This document shows, in pieces, positions 62,907 through 64,000 of a stretch of DNA of 64,000 bases. Below the pieces are notes generated by a model. The model made no database searches, was not told the origin of the DNA, and saw only the letters and a list, made by a program, of their open reading frames with translations. The stretch spans positions 92,893 through 156,892 of the forward strand of contig JAFYMF010000010.1 of the NCBI GenBank assembly GCA_017556745.1, given 5' to 3'. Source of the stretch: Clostridia bacterium. GTDB taxonomy: Bacteria; Bacillota; Clostridia; Oscillospirales; CAG-272. The translations under genes were made by a program, and so were the position numbers. Within the stretch, counting starts at the first letter, position 1, and each line of letters begins with the position of its first letter.

Positions 62907-64000
62907 TCAGGAGCTTACCTTAACTTTTTTAAAATCACCGCAGAAAATACTTATTACTATGTAAGATATAAGACCGAAGGCTATACCGTAGGATATATTG
63001 TACGTAAATGGCATTATTGAGAGAGTCATAAATGCGGGAACTGCCATCTTTGTGTCACACCAGTCAATGTTTTTGATCGACATAATCATAAGATAACCCA
63101 CGTAGATAAGTGCCGCCGCAGTTGTGCAACTCGGGACGAGCTGGGCTATTGGACTGAGAAACATTGCAATAAAGAAGAATGCTCCGCAGAAAACCGAGGT
63201 AAGACCGGTACGTCCTCCTGCCGCAACACCGGCGTTTACTTCGCTGAAAGTTGTAACGGTAGAGGTCCCGCATATAGCACCGGTAGTGGTTGCAATGGCA
63301 TCTGATAGCATACCCTTATTCATGTTGATTGTCTCTCCGTTTTCATCAAGGAGATTGGCGCGCTCGCAAGCCGCGTAAAGAGTACCGAGAGTGTCAAACA
63401 TATCTACCATACAAAATGCGAGAGCAGATGTAACGATAGTAAGAATAAGGTTTGCTGTTCCGTGTTTTTCACAGAAAGCAGAGAAATCAAATCCGTCGGT
63501 AAACACTTTAAAAAGTGATTGACTGCTAAATTCCTTAAATGCCTGAACAGGGCTGACGATGTCTATATTAAATTCTGTGTAGAAATTGCTAACAGTGAAT
63601 CCAAAGACGTAGTAAAGAGCCATACCGCCAATAATTCCGATAAGTACCGCACCCTTAACATTCTTGTGGCTCATAATCACTATGGCAAGAAATGTTATTA
63701 CGGTAACCACCATAGGCATTATATCTCCCCAATTCTGAGTAAGGAGATTGAATGAACCCAAGTCAACGGCGGTAGAACTGTTGGGAACAACGATGCCCGC
63801 GTTTTGAAGACCAAGCAATGCAATAAACAGCCCGATTCCTGCAGGAATAGCGGCCCGGACAGCAGTAGGAAGAGAATCAAATATTTTTTTACGAAGTCCG
63901 GTAACTGTCAGAAGAACAAAAACAACACCCTCAAAAAGAATCAGCACGAGTGCATTGGAATATGAAAGGCCAAAGCCGATACAGACTGTATAAACAAAGA
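62907..64000 (-). CDS. NCS2 family purine permease (AzgA/PbuG-like), 5' end outside the window
   Basis: Polytopic sequence with AIPAGIGLFIALLGLQNAG and ATTTGAICGTSTVTTFSE motifs. The reading frame stays open to the window edge. Confidence 0.8.
   Translation of the reverse strand, partial: FVYTVCIGFGLSYSNALVLILFEGVVFVLLTVTGLRKKIFDSLPTAVRAAIPAGIGLFIALLGLQNAGIVVPNSSTAVDLGSFNLLTQNWGDIMPMVVTVITFLAIVIMSHKNVKGAVLIGIIGGMALYYVFGFTVSNFYTEFNIDIVSPVQAFKEFSSQSLFKVFTDGFDFSAFCEKHGTANLILTIVTSALAFCMVDMFDTLGTLYAACERANLLDENGETINMNKGMLSDAIATTTGAICGTSTVTTFSEVNAGVAAGGRTGLTSVFCGAFFFIAMFLSPIAQLVPSCTTAAALIYVGYLMIMSIKNIDWCDTKMAVPAFMTLSIMPFTYNISYGIAFGLISYIVISIFCGDFKKVKVSS

Overview
This is a 64-kb chromosomal window from a low-GC, endospore-forming Firmicute. 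The gene content is Clostridia-like: spoVG, a spoIIM-like gene, pdaA-like deacetylases, cotJABC and the L21-Prp-L27 operon. Most of the window is core housekeeping. It holds arginine biosynthesis (argJ'-argC-argH-argG on the minus strand), proC, hflKC, pyrB, trkAH, murC, murD, nadA, ribosomal proteins L21/L27/L19, mnmA, three tandem M42 peptidases and several envelope or lipoprotein genes. The outstanding feature is that the spore-coat gene cotJC is split at 43953/51610 by a 7,656-bp integrated element bounded by a 4-bp GGTA core. The element carries a large serine recombinase operon at its right end, a short MobV-type relaxase preceded by three perfect hairpins, and an orphan NPPY-type DNA methyltransferase. 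It also carries duplicated 5' and 3' repeat cassettes, a long rod-like hairpin with its own terminator, and several unknown ORFs. Joining the two cotJC segments across the core restores an in-frame 202-codon CotJC. The locus therefore looks like a skin/SPbeta-style developmentally excised intervening element, but with mobilizable-element rather than prophage gene content. Other notable items are: a T-box leader in front of a TIM-barrel::AMP-ligase fusion gene; a PyrB with a fused PyrI-type zinc domain; a catalytically degenerate third M42 paralog; an internally deleted IS3-family remnant sitting in a terminator loop; and a terminator-containing leader upstream of pnuC. I saw no rRNA, tRNA or CRISPR array. 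All calls rest on reading the sequence and ORF translations by eye; no database search was possible.
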